Shown here: piece by piece, positions 15,163 to 27,000 of the stretch
Layout: each line of letters opens with the position of its first letter
Position numbering within the stretch: position 1 is the first letter of the stretch
NCBI GenBank assembly: GCA_018398765.1
Contig: JAHBMJ010000524.1
Coordinates: forward strand, 1 to 46,446
Length of the DNA stretch: 46,446 bases
Source: Chromera velia
Lineage: Eukaryota
Direction of reading: 5' to 3'
Translations under genes and position numbers: made by a program
The notes under the pieces: model-generated
The model's database searches: none
What the model was told of the DNA's origin: nothing
Seen by the model: the letters and a program-made list of their open reading frames with translations, nothing else

Positions 15163-15624
15163 CCCCCCCNCTCTCTCTCTCATGGCGAGGAACGACGAGT
15201 TCCACTCGAGACAGATGCAACTCGTACACGAAAGACGGACTGACAAGGTTTAATGTCGCCCTGTGGGCCTCTCTGAAGAATGGAGGGAACCAATCAAGGG
15301 GCACACCCGCGCCAGGCCATTAAAAAGGACTCTTTGAAGGAGCGTCTTTCATATTCCTCCCTGCATGTATCCTCACCCCAATGGTATCCAATCGCGCCTC
15401 TCTTCTCCTTAATAAAGATGTCCTGAAGAGAAAACTGGTCGATCGAGACTGTCGGCAAGAACCTGGACAAAGAAGCACTCTGTAGACCCTCTGCTGACGT
15501 GTCATCATCGGCATTGAGCAACCAACTGAATGAACATTCAGCAGTCGTGATGCGCTAATCACTGCAGACATGGACACACACAGACACACAGAAACAGACA
15601 CAGACACACATACATACATACATT

Positions 15625-15662
<38 letters not shown>

Positions 15663-16050
15663 GCCATCTTGGTTGTCGTCACCCGTCAACCTTTGGGAGT
15701 TCCCGTTGCTCTGATACAGATCGGAAAGCAGCGGAAAGCAACTCTAATTCTTCAGGTACAGTGCGTCTATGAATTCGTTTGCAATCAAGTGTCGTGCCAA
15801 CTGATTTGCGTGGAAGCCGCTCAGGTAAACTCCTCACAAATTGGGAATTCTTTGCGTGACGGACAACCAGCCGCATATACATATGTATACCAGTGTCTGC
15901 ATACTTGAGGGGAAAAGCCTGTCCCTGCGCAGCTGCGACTAGACGTGCCACCACTGACTTACACACTCTTGCAATGCAACTGCGCGAGCTTTTCGCATGC
16001 AGTGGTCGTCGCTGCTGGAGAAAGTGAACGAACCAGCCCAGTTCTCTCAC
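14891..16050 (-). pseudogene. Hypothetical spliced gene fragments, divergent from the TspO-like gene
   Basis: Non-repetitive ORF segments 15679-16050 and 15294-15521 are separated by a (TG)n intron-like tract with GT..CAG ends. Stops interrupt the continuation. No recognisable domain. Confidence 0.25.
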
Positions 16051-16659
16051 TTATGAGTGGAAGAAACACAGGGCCTTCTTTCTCCACAAGTTTCATCCAA
16101 GCAAATTGTGCCCTCTCTTGTTGAAGGTGTGAATCCTCAGACTGCGATTCTGGAGAAAGTAGATGGCAGCTAGTACCTCGGCCTCGACTAAGCTCTGAAA
16201 AATCCCGGTCGCTGCGTTCTCAAAGGGTCCCAGTGTGCCATGAAGGGATCACAATCATCACATGAAGAGAGAACGCGCTCTTTCAAACTTCATCGGAGTT
16301 CATCCAAGTGTTTGAACTTTGAAGTTTTAAGTATTGAGTTTGACTGACCTGAGACCCTGGCCAGCCGCGCACAAACGTGCGGGTGGCGGCCGCCGCCGCG
16401 CCGCCGCAGCGAGCCGTTGCGCGCCGCCGCACATATTACGGCCTGCTGCAGCTAGCTGGCCTCTTCCGTGCGCCCATTCGATTTTGGTGCAACACATGCA
16501 GAAGATGCATGCAGGAGTGTGATCGCGGTGGACGACCTTTGAATCAAACATCTCGATCATACAAATCTCTCTTTCATTCCATCACTTCACAACCCCAACT
16601 ACTTGTGCACACTGTACTCTCCACTCTCAACTGTCACGCAGTCAATCGAATACCTCAAA

Positions 16660-17761
16660 ATGGTGTCGGCTTGGTCTATCAGCAACTTGGTTGCCTTCAT
16701 TTTGAATGCCGTGTTGGTCAATCTGTCCAACACCGGTATCTATGGCCCCACCAATGCTGAGCAGTCTGCGAAGTACTCTACTGTGATCACTCCAGCAGGC
16801 TATGCTTTCAGTATTTGGGGTCTGATCTACATCACCGAGGGGATCTGGGCCATTTACCAGATGTTCCCCCCTGTCTCTAGAAGCAAGCTCCTCTCTGAGG
16901 GCGTCTCTTTCTGGCAGATCTCTATGAGCGTCTTCCAGGTCCTCTGGACTATCGCATTCGCACGTGACTGGATCATTGCCTCTGCAGTCCTTCTTCTGAT
17001 GATCTGGGTCTCCCTTGTGGGTCTTGTGGTGAGCCTGTTCAGATTCAGAACCGGAGAGGTCGACAAGTCTGGAGAAAAGAGAGAGATCTCTCTGCTCAAC
17101 TACTGGATTTTCTGCGTTCCCTTCGGAATCCATCTGGTCGGTCTCTCTCTGGTCTTTCCTTTCCTTCCCTTGTATCCTTTTCTCTTTCCTGTATTCCTTT
17201 GTTGATGCACTCCCTTTGGAAGAAGTCAACGTTGGTCTTGGAAGTCAATGTTGGTCTCAATTCTTGTGGTTGTCTGACTTCAATTGTGTGTTGCAGGGCT
17301 GGGTGACTGCTGCGGCCATCTTGAACTGGAACATCGTGACGGTTGCCCAGGCAGGCGGCCCTGACGGTGCTCAGCAGCAGCTCTCTGTTGCCATTCTCTC
17401 TCTGGCCCTGGTCTTCGGTGCCTCTTTGATCTTCACTCTCGGCAACAGAGCCGTGACCGAGCCTGCAGTCCCGGCTGTTGCCATCTGGGCAGCTGCTGCA
17501 ATTTCCTCTCAACTTCAGAACCCTCCCCAGATGGTTGTGGAGGTCTTTGGCTTCTCTGGTCCCCTCATCTTCCACTCTCTTCAGTCCGTCCTCCTCGGAC
17601 TTCAGTACCTCCTCGCCGCAGTTTTCGTCTTCGGGATTGCCAAGAACGTTCTGGGGTGGACTCGCGGCCGCATGGAGGCACAGCAGAGAGCGCAGCCTAC
17701 TGACAGAAGTGCGGCTCTCGAGTACCCCCACACCGCCGATTCCCTTGCAAACAAGTTCTAA
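16660..17761 (+). CDS. TspO/MBR-related tryptophan-rich multi-pass membrane protein, 313 aa. Exons 16660-17136 and 17297-17761
   Basis: Signature KYSTVITPAGYAFSIWGLIY, then FQVLWTIAF and PFGIHL|GWVTAAAILN joined by a phase-0 GT-AG intron at 17137-17296. About 8 hydrophobic helices. Good AAAATGG start context and an intact frame. Confidence 0.85.
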
Positions 17762-19216
17762 GGGAAAGATTTTTAAAGTGGTCTGTGAACAATGATGAAG
17801 TGAATGAATGAAGTCGGTGTCGGGAGTCTGAGCATTCACTTGCTCTGCGTGCTTTCGTACGAAGCGGTACGAGGGTGTGGTGTTCAAAGAAAAATCTCAC
17901 GATGAGAAGAAGTAGAGGAAGTAGTCTTTCTTCGATGTTTTCCATCGTCTTTTTGTTTGAATGTTTGAATTCGCCTGTCGAGGAAAGGAAAGGAGAGTAA
18001 GTCGTGATGTATTTCGCATCTTCTTTCTGTCGTGGCCGGCCAGAGATCATGGAAGTGGTTTTCCTTCCTTACATGCATCATGTCTGTGCCTTTTCGTGGA
18101 GATACGATCCGATACAGTAAATGACTGCATGCCTTGCCTACCCTCCTCCTCTTGTACAATCTTGCATGACAGTGTCCATCCGATGCATGCATGTACGTGC
18201 ATGTGTGAACTCACCATGCATTAGTGTGTTCGCACGTGCATTCCAGATTCAGGTCTGGTTCTCTTCTCTTCCTTCTCCCACTGACCAACACTTTCTTACT
18301 CAAAGAAACTGCGCATCGCATGCGCACTTGTGAAGAATGAACGAGTCCGCATGCGTTAGTCTCTCCTCCGATCCGTGTCAAAAGACAACGGCTAGAACAA
18401 CGGGTGCACACATGAGTTCACGATTTCTCGAGCCTGTACAGTTTTGTGCACTTCATGTGCGTAGTGAGACATTGAGTCATGAATTCATGAAGGGTCCTCG
18501 AACTTCAAAGCTAGCTTTAAATCGGTGCGGTTCATGGGTCGATGCGTACATATCATCTATGAACCGGCACACTAGTAAAATAGTAAAAATGGTCAACTAT
18601 TTTTACTATTTTAGCTAACATTAGATAGTAAATAGTGAAAATAGTAAAAAAAAAAAGACTATTTCAACTATTTTAAACGGTTAAATAGTACTATTTTACT
18701 ATTTCAACTATTTTTTATGTTAAATATCAATCAATAAACTTTGAAGTCACTCGGTCAAAGCCACCCATTCGAAGTCATGTTATGATTCGTTCATCCAAAA
18801 ATGATAATCAGTTTGATTTTAAGCTGCTCTGCTTTGTCCACCGCCTTGCTGTTGATTTCTATCAGTTCTTCAGTTGTATATCAAGCCTCATGCAGGCTGG
18901 CATTAAACAACACATAGTCTGCTCGAGAACGTACGCAACGTACTTTGAACGGAGAGCAGCGCCATGCGAAGGCGATTAACTAAATTCATAATAACATTCA
19001 ACCAGACACATTTTTTTGCCAATCACAAACTGTCACTGGTCATTTTTCCTCTCTGCAGATGCATTTTCATGCAGGTGCAAAACAAACTGAAGAGACAAGA
19101 CACCAAACAGCACCAGTAAGGCCCTTTAAACTAGCGACCAGTAAAAGAAATTTGGGAGCCAAAAACCGGGTTTGAATGAGCATTGATCGAAGGGGAGAAA
19201 TTTTTGTGCAGGCCTC

Positions 19217-19263
<47 letters not shown>

Positions 19264-19272
19264 GAGAGAGGG

Positions 19273-19535
19273 NNNNNNNNNNNNNNNNNNNNNNNNNNNN
19301 NNNNNNNNNNNNNNNNNNNNNNNNNNNNNNNNNNNNNNNNNNNNNNNNNNNNNNNNNNNNNNNNNNNNNNNNNNNNNNNNNNNNNNNNNNNNNNNNNNNN
19401 NNNNNNNNNNNNNNNNNNNNNNNNNNNNNNNNNNNNNNNNNNNNNNNNNNNNNNNNNNNNNNNNNNNNNNNNNNNNNNNNNNNNNNNNNNNNNNNNNNNN
19501 NNNNNNNNNNNNNNNNNNNNNNNNNNNNNNNNNNN
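19273..19535. other. Assembly gap (N run) within (GA)-rich sequence
   Basis: 263 N characters. Confidence 1.
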
Positions 19536-19697
19536 TAGATGAGGGAATGATGGGAGAGAGAGGGGGAGAGGAGAAGAGAGGGAGAGGAAGAAAGATGAAG
19601 AGAGAGAAAGAGGGAGAGAGAGAGAGAGAAAGAGAGAGAAAAGGGGAGACGAGAAGAGAGGGAGAGGAAAAAAGTGGGAAAAGGGGAGGGAGAGAGA

Positions 19698-19736
<39 letters not shown>

Positions 19737-20907
19737 TTTCTTATCCCAAGAATCAAGGGATCTTCAACAGTCAAATGGGATAGGATCAAGCGACACAATA
19801 AGGACTCATCGCGAGGACGCTTCCACATAGAACAAAGTGACCGACAAGCCAAAACGGAAGCACACAAGTGAAAAAAGGGCCCCAGAGAGCAGAAAACGTA
19901 CTAGTAGGCAACTTACTAAGATCAATGTCGTGAACACCAGTTTTTGAAGTTTATATATACTTCTGTCCACATTCCAAACCGGATGGAATCCGGCAAGGTT
20001 GCTGTAGGTTCCACTTACTCCAATGTTATTCTTTACACAATCGAAGTCTTTTCGCAGCAGAAGAGTCTTACTCTACAGGCAGAAAAAAACATAAAAGAAC
20101 GCTTCTGGAAGCGGATAAAAGCTGCGTAGAAGACAAGACCGCTTGTAGACGCCTTTTGAATTCCGATTGGCTATATATTAAATTAAATCTGAATATTTGA
20201 AACATGAAGGTCAATTCCGTTTTGATCCAGCTTATGGCTTTTTGATCGAGCCGCCAGCGGTCTGCTTCCGTATTTAGCGATCGAAGCTGGTGTTTGAGCT
20301 AAACAGGTGATAGCTATAGGCCTGGTCCAACAGTAATGAAGGTCAGACAATCTGGGTGCATACATGGAATATGCATGGGGTGCACGGATACATGTATGCG
20401 GGTGATGCCGTGGCCGCGGAATGCATGCATGGCGGCACGCGTGCGGGACGCGCATGTATGCAATGATGCGATACCGCCGAGTTTCCTCGATCAGTACTCC
20501 TCAGACAGTAATTAACTCTGCAGTACTCTTCATTCCTCAAGTTGGCTCTCAACTGCTTGGATCGAGATTCAAGAAGTGTTCAAGTGTTTCCACTGCAGAA
20601 TTTAGAGCTCCATCTCTTTCCCGTACAGTGGTCCATATTCGTCCCCTGTGTTGTTCACTGAGTAGCTTCAGTACAGCTACAATTTTTCCCTCCGTTGTGT
20701 ATTCACTGATTTTTTTGAGAGTGTATCCTTGTTGTTGCTTTTCCCAGAGTAAAGCAACCTTCTCCTGTCAGCCGGCCTGTCAACCTGCCTTTGAGGCAGA
20801 CATGAAGGTGGCTTGAAGCATTGACGCTGTGCATCGTGCTTGCACAGTGTGTCATGTTTGTAGGGCACCCGTCTCTCTCGTTTCTTCTCTGCACATCTTC
20901 ACAACAG

Positions 20908-22165
20908 CGAGGCAAACATTTTTCCTTAGTAAAACAGGCTCTCGCGCTGACAGAAAGAAGACTCCTCAGCAGTTCCACTGCACAAGCAGTGAGTGTATCC
21001 TCCCCTCAGTCGACGTCTCTTTTTCTATTCCGCTCTCCCCATCCATACAACAGCGAAGCAGAGATTTTTTTTGGCGAGATAGGCCGTCGTGCCGACAGGA
21101 AGGAGACTTCTCAGCAGTTCTACCGCACGAGCAGTGAGTGTATCCTCCTCCCCATCGAGGTCTCTCATTTTTTCCTCTGTCTCTATCCACATAACAGCGT
21201 GTCAGACATTTTTCCTTTGCGAGATGGGCCGTCGTGCTGACCTACGTGCTGACAGGAAGGAGACTCCTCAGCAGTTCCACCACACAAGCAGTGAGTGTAT
21301 CCTCCCCCCAGTCGACGTCTCTTTTTTTATTCCGCTCTCCCCATCCACACAACAGCGAGGCAGATATTTTTCCTTGGCGAGACGGGCCGTCATGCTGACA
21401 GGAAGGAGACTCCTCAGCAGTTCCACCGCACGAGCAGTGAGTGTATCCTCCCCCCCATCGAGGTCTCTCATTCTTTCCTCTGTCTCTATCCACATAATAG
21501 CGTGTCAGACATTTTTCCTTTGCAAGACGGGCCGTCGTGCTGACCTAGGTGCTGACAGGAAGGAGACTCCTCAGCAGTTCCACCACACAAGCAGTGAGTG
21601 TATCCTCCCCCCAGTCGACGTCTCTTTTTCTATTCCGCTCTCTCCATCCACACAACAGCGAGGCAGAGATTTTCCTTGGCGAGACGGGCCGTCGTGCTGA
21701 CAGGAAGGAGACTCCTCAGCAGTTCCACCGCACAAGCAGTGAGTGTATCCTCCCCCCAGTCGACGTCTCTTTTTTTTCTACTCTCCATATCTATACAACA
21801 GCATGTCAGATATTTTTTCTTGGCGAGACGGGCCGTCATGCTGACAGGAAGGAGACTCCTCAACAGTTCCACCGCACGAGCAGTGAGTGTATCCTCCCTC
21901 TAGTCTATGTCTCTTTTTTTTCTGCTCTCCCTATCCATACAACAGTGTGTCAGACACTTTTCCTTGGCGAGACGGGCCGTCGTGCTGACAGGAAGGAGAC
22001 TCCTCAACAGTTCCACCATATGAGCAGTGTGAGTGTATCCTCCCTCCCGTCGAGGTCTCTCATTCTTTCCTCTGTCCCCATCCACACAACAGCGTGTCAG
22101 ACATTTTTCCTTGGCAACACAGACCCTTGTTCTTACAGAAAAGAGACTCTTCTGCAGTTCCATCT
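20908..22165 (+). repeat. Tandem array of about 9 units of ~145-158 bp, each an 80/81/93-nt exon-like segment plus a 63-66-nt GT..AG intron-like segment
   Basis: Exon-like parts: 20908-20988, 21054-21133, 21198-21290, 21356-21436, 21501-21593, 21659-21738, 21802-21882, 21946-22026, and a degenerate copy from 22093. Nearly all are followed by GTGAGTGTATCC, a pyrimidine tract and AACAG or AATAG. Confidence 0.9.
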
Positions 22166-22540
22166 TCTTTCCTTCTTTCCTTCCTTACTTACTTCCTTCG
22201 TTCCTTCTTTCCTTCTTTTCTCTAGTTCCTTGCTTCCTTCCTTTCTCTAGTTCCTTCCTTCCTTCCTTCCTTCCTTCTTTCCTTCCTTTCTTACTTCCTT
22301 CGTTCTTTCCTTCCTTCCTTTCTCTGGTTCCTTCTTTTTTTTCTTCCTTGCTTCCTTCCTTCCTTTCTTTTTTCCTTCCTTTCTTCCTTCCTTCCTTCCT
22401 TCCTTCCTTCCATCCTTTCATTCTTTCTTCCTTTCTCCCTTTCTTCTTTTCTTCTTTTCTTCCTTTCTTCCTTTCTTCCTTTCTTCCTTCCTTCCTTCCT
22501 CCTTTCGTTTCATCCTTTGATTCTCTCTCCTTTTTCTGAC
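22160..22540. repeat. (TTCC)n / (CTTT)n low-complexity tract
   Basis: Directly visible. Confidence 0.9.
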
Positions 22541-23277
22541 AGGTCCTGTTTTCTGCCTTTTCCATTCTTCCTCTCTGCATGCCTTTCGCCGCTATGTATG
22601 GCTGATTATCGTGCACTGGCAGCACTGAAGCAGGCACTCAACATGAATTCAACTTTGTTTGGTGCCTCTCCCAGCCTGCCTGACTTGCTTTAAATTAGTA
22701 GAGAGAGGATGAGAGAAAAGCGAAGGAAGAGAAGGGGACAGATCACTGAGATCATTACAAGATAGATTGAATTTAAAGAATTTCAAGGTCGAAAACAATG
22801 GGAAAATCGATGTAAAAGTGTAAAATAGATGTAAAAATAGTGAAAATAGTCAACTATTTTGACTATTTCTGGTGATATTGCGTAGTGACTGACTGAAAGT
22901 ATAAAATAAATATAAAAATCGTGAAAATGGTAAAATAGTTTTCTATTTTATAGCAAGATTTTCTGTGTTGACTCATTTGTAAAAATAATCAAAATAGTAG
23001 GCTATTTCTACAGTATCAAATAGTAAATAATCCACTATTTTACTATTTACTATCGAAACGTAGGAATAGTCAAAATAGTGATTATTTTTTTATTTTACCG
23101 GTTCATAGATGATGTTTTGTTCCCGTCTAGACATACGTCTTTTTTTTAGGAAAGATTCTCACATTTAATTCTTTCTACTACCTAGCTTTCTACAATTAAG
23201 TCTAGCTGCAAGTCAATTTTAATTTTTAAATTATTATTTTTTAGTATTTTTTAGCTACGTCTTTTCTCGTTTCCTAT

Positions 23278-23642
23278 TGTCACGCTCTTAGGAACTAAAG
23301 TGAGGACTTACCATATGACTTCACTTATCAAGCTTAACGTACGTGGAGGAATCTGTCCATCAGACCTCCTTGTTCCTTTCGTATTGTTTTGTTTCAATCT
23401 TAATCAATCTTATTCTTTCCATGCATTGACTTGCATACATGCATGCTTCTGTATTTCCGAATTAATTCTTTTTTCATGAAACCTCAGGGCATGGGTGACG
23501 CCATAGCGGACGGCCTGACATCTGATCCTTGTGCCCATGCTTTTTCAAGCACTGGCTCTACTGATTGCCCGGCGCTGCCCCTTCACCCGCTAGTTCAATT
23601 TGTGCACACGGTGAACTAACTTCAGTGGAGCTTGCCGTAACA
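23278..23642 (-). repeat. 3' LTR (complete copy)
   Basis: TGTCACGCTC...CCGTAACA. About 96% identical to 29607-29971 by manual alignment. Confidence 0.95.
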
Positions 23643-23646
23643 CATT

Positions 23647-23932
23647 ATCAGATTCCTTGTTGTTCCTTTTGTATTGTTTTGTTTCAATCTTAATCAATCT
23701 TATTCTTTCCATGCATTGACTTGCATACATGCATGCTTCTGTATTTCTGAATTAATTCTTTTTTCATGAAACCTCAGGGCATGGGTGACGCCATAGCGGA
23801 CGGCCTGACGTCTAACCCTTGTGCCCGCGCTTTTTCAAACACTGGCTCTACTGATTGCCCGGCGCTGCCCCTTCACCCGCTAGTCCGATTTGTGCACACG
23901 GTGAACTAACTTTGGTGGAGTTTGCCGTAACA
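23647..23932 (-). repeat. Extra partial LTR copy in tandem, adjacent to the PPT
   Basis: Repeats about the last 285 bp (plus-strand) of the LTR through CCGTAACA and lacks the ~80-bp U5-side end. Confidence 0.9.
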
Positions 23933-23944
23933 CATCTCCCCTTC
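23933..23944 (-). promoter_or_regulatory. Polypurine tract (PPT)
   Basis: Minus strand reads GAAGGGGAGATG immediately before the LTR start TGTTACGG. Confidence 0.8.
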
Positions 23945-24001
23945 AAAACTGATACGTCCCGGGTCAGCCCAAAGGTCCGGTACTGTTGCAAGATGCTTTT
24001 C

Positions 24002-27000
24002 TCAAAATCCAACTTTCACTCCTTCTGTTCCTCCCTTTTCTTTCTTATTTTCCGTTTCCTTCCTATGCGGCGTCCTGCGTTTGTCTCTTTCGAAATCGGC
24101 CACTAGTTTTGGAGCTCCTGTGTCCTTTGTTGCCAACCAGACAAAGGAACCGTCGTTGTAGGAGACTCGGTACTCAGTCTCCCCCTCTGTTTCTCTTGAC
24201 GCCTGAATGTGAACTGGAACCACGCGGCGACTGACGTGTTGCTTGCGTGTGCCAAAGCGCTGGAACGCAGCAGGCAGAAACTCATCCCTTCTCGGAGGGC
24301 TATCACGTTGAAACTCTTCGTCCGAAACTTCCCCCAGCTCGGCAAGAATTTCATTCGCTGCCCTGTCCAAGTCTGAGTTGGCATCTTCGCTCGACTGACT
24401 TGAAATCTCACTCAGTCCGTCTACAGGACCTTTTCCATTTTCTGTTGCAGAGAGCTGCTGTGGAGCCTCTGCCTCTCTCTCGCCTTCTGCATTGTCAACA
24501 GACGGCTGAGAATCCTTTCTCTCTGTCGCTCGTTCTGTATCTGCTGCAGGGCTATGACTGTTTCTCTACCTCCCCTGACCTTGAGTCTGTCTGACTCGGA
24601 ACCTTCGCAAACGAGAAAGATGAATCACCTCTCTCTTTCCTCCCTCCTGCAGTTGAATCACATAATACATGGAATGCTTCAACACTTGCCCTACAACAAT
24701 AAATGGTCCCCTCCATGCCGTCTGGAGTTTATTTCTCTTCAACCTTTCAATCCTCATGAGGACTAACTCACCCACTGAGAAAGCAAACTTCCTCACCGGT
24801 GGTTTTCTCTTTTCCGTCCGTTGCTGACTCTTCTGGATGCTCTGTCCGATTTTCTCCCGAGTCTCCTCCATCTTCTTCTTTAAGAATTCAAGCCAGTCAG
24901 GAACGTCGGTTGCTGGCAAATCTGTAAACGCATCTGTAGGGAGAAGAAGATGAGGCGGTGTTATACCAAACACAAGTTTGTAGGGAGTGTGATTGGTGAT
25001 GTCGTGCACAGATGTGTTGTATGCCCATGCACATTGTCTGCACACTGCCGCTCACTTCCCTGGATTCTTCTCCACACACTTGGCTAACATGTTCACGAGC
25101 GTCTGGTTGAATCGTTCAGTCAGAACGTTCCCTTGAGGATGATAGGCAGTCGTTCGAATCCGCTCAACTCCTAAGAGTCGACACAGTACGGAAACGATCT
25201 CTGCACAGAAGTTTGTGCCTCGGTCTGAAAGAAGAAAACGAGGGAAGCCGTGATCCAGAAACACGAAGTCAAGAAGTAGACGTGCAATTGTCGTTGCTGA
25301 CATCTCCACGAGAGGGAAGATGTGCGCTTACTTAGTGTAGTGATCGGTGACGACGAGTATATACTTGTACCCGCCTGGAGCTGTTCGAAACGGACCCACG
25401 ATGTCCATTCCATAAAGCTCCCTTGGCCCCGAAACAGGAATGGAGGTCACCCCCGGATCGGTGCCTCTTGCTGGTGTTCGCCTCTGGCAAGGCCCACAGG
25501 TCTCACACCAGTCCTTCACGTCGTTCGCCATGGAGGGCCACCAGAAGCTCTCCTTCACTCGATGCAAAGTGTGACGAGTGCGGAGGTGCCCGAACAAAGC
25601 GTGATCATGGTTGGACGCAATCATGCGATCCCTCAGAGCTGCAGGTACCATAAGCTGCTCCCTGTCTCCCTCCATGCAGTACAGGATTCCATTCTCCGTG
25701 CGAAAGCGATCTGCAGACAGCAGGATAGTTCTGGATACACGGTCGCTCTGAGGTAATCCTCCTGTTTTCAAGTATCTGATGCGTAGACCTATGTATGCAT
25801 CACCTCCTGAATGCTTCTGCAAATCCTCAAGAAAACCCTCTCCCTGCTCAGAAGGCTCTCTCTCCTCCTGCACATTTCCTTCTCTATCTCCTCTGTGATC
25901 GGTCTCTTCGGTTTTGTTTGTGTCTACTGGCTCTACCGGAGCAGCATGCACCGTTCCCTCTGCTTTACAGGGAGCGGTGGAAGAGTTGGGTACCTTCTGC
26001 CTCAAGCGACTGAGTGCATCTGCCTCAGAGTGCAGCCTGCCAGGGATATGTTGAATGTTAAGGTCATAATCAGCCAACTCAGTGGCCCACCTCTGCAGCT
26101 TTGTGTTGTTGAGCTTCTTGTCTTTCCAGGCCAAAAGGGCTTTGTGGTCCGTCTGCAGGGTGTTTCTCTTACCGAGAAGATAGTGCCTCCACTTGCGGAG
26201 ACAGTGCATGACCCCGAGTCCCTCCTTCTCCGAGATGCCCCATTTCCTCTCCATTGTAGTCAAGGTCTTCGAACAGAATTCGATCACCTTCTCTATCTCA
26301 TCTATTCTCTGCTTCAAGACTCCTTCCACTGCTTCATCGCTTGTGTCCGCCTTCACGATGAAAGGTTCAAGCACTCGCAGATGAGCAAGGCAAGGTGCCC
26401 CGCAGAGTCGGTTGCGCAAGGTGTTGAAAATGGCCTGTGCCTCTTCTGTCCACCTGAATGGACTCTGTTTCTTTTCTTCTCTTTCTGCTGTTTTGAGGAG
26501 GGTGGAGAGGGGAAAAGCAATTTCACTGAATCGTTCGATGAACTGTCGATACCACCCGACCAGTCCTAAAAAGGAACGCACCTCTGCTCTGTCCCGTGGA
26601 GGTTCCATATTTCTGAGCGCCTCCAGCTTTACTAGGTCTGGTCTGACCCCATCTGCAGACAAGAGAAAACCCAAATACTTTACCTCTAACAGAGCAAACT
26701 GTGCCTTCTCCACCTTCAGTTTGAGACCGCACTTCTGCACTCGGTCTAAGAGGGTCCGAAGATCCTCCAGATGCGAGTCGAAGTCTTTTGAGAATACGAT
26801 CAGGTCGTCGATGTACACGAGCGCAAGCTCACGGGGAAGCCCTGACAGCACCAGTTGCATGGCTCGCTGAAATGTTAATGGTGCATTGATTAGTCCTTGA
26901 GCCATGATTTTGAACTGATACAGCCCGAATGGTGTAACGAATGCTGTCTTTTCTTTGTCTTGTTCTCTCATCCCGATCTGCCAGAATCTTGAAAACACGT

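Larger units (their letters stand above)
18554..23111. mobile_element. 4.56-kb non-autonomous TIR element with CATCTATG termini (CMC/CACTA-like architecture)
   Basis: Perfect 14-bp TIR CATCTATGAACCGG (18554-18567) / CCGGTTCATAGATG (23098-23111). AT/AT flanks (2-bp TSD). Dense subterminal AATAGT/ACTATT repeats at about 18570-18715 and 22820-23085. No transposase recognised inside. Confidence 0.82.

Noticed and set aside
19176..19542. ORFs spanning poly-X
   Set aside because: Artefacts of the N gap.
20908..22165. CRISPR-like or guide-array interpretation of the regular repeat
   Set aside because: The segments between conserved blocks are homologous to each other rather than unique spacers. 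No cas or other nuclease gene is nearby, and the context is eukaryotic.
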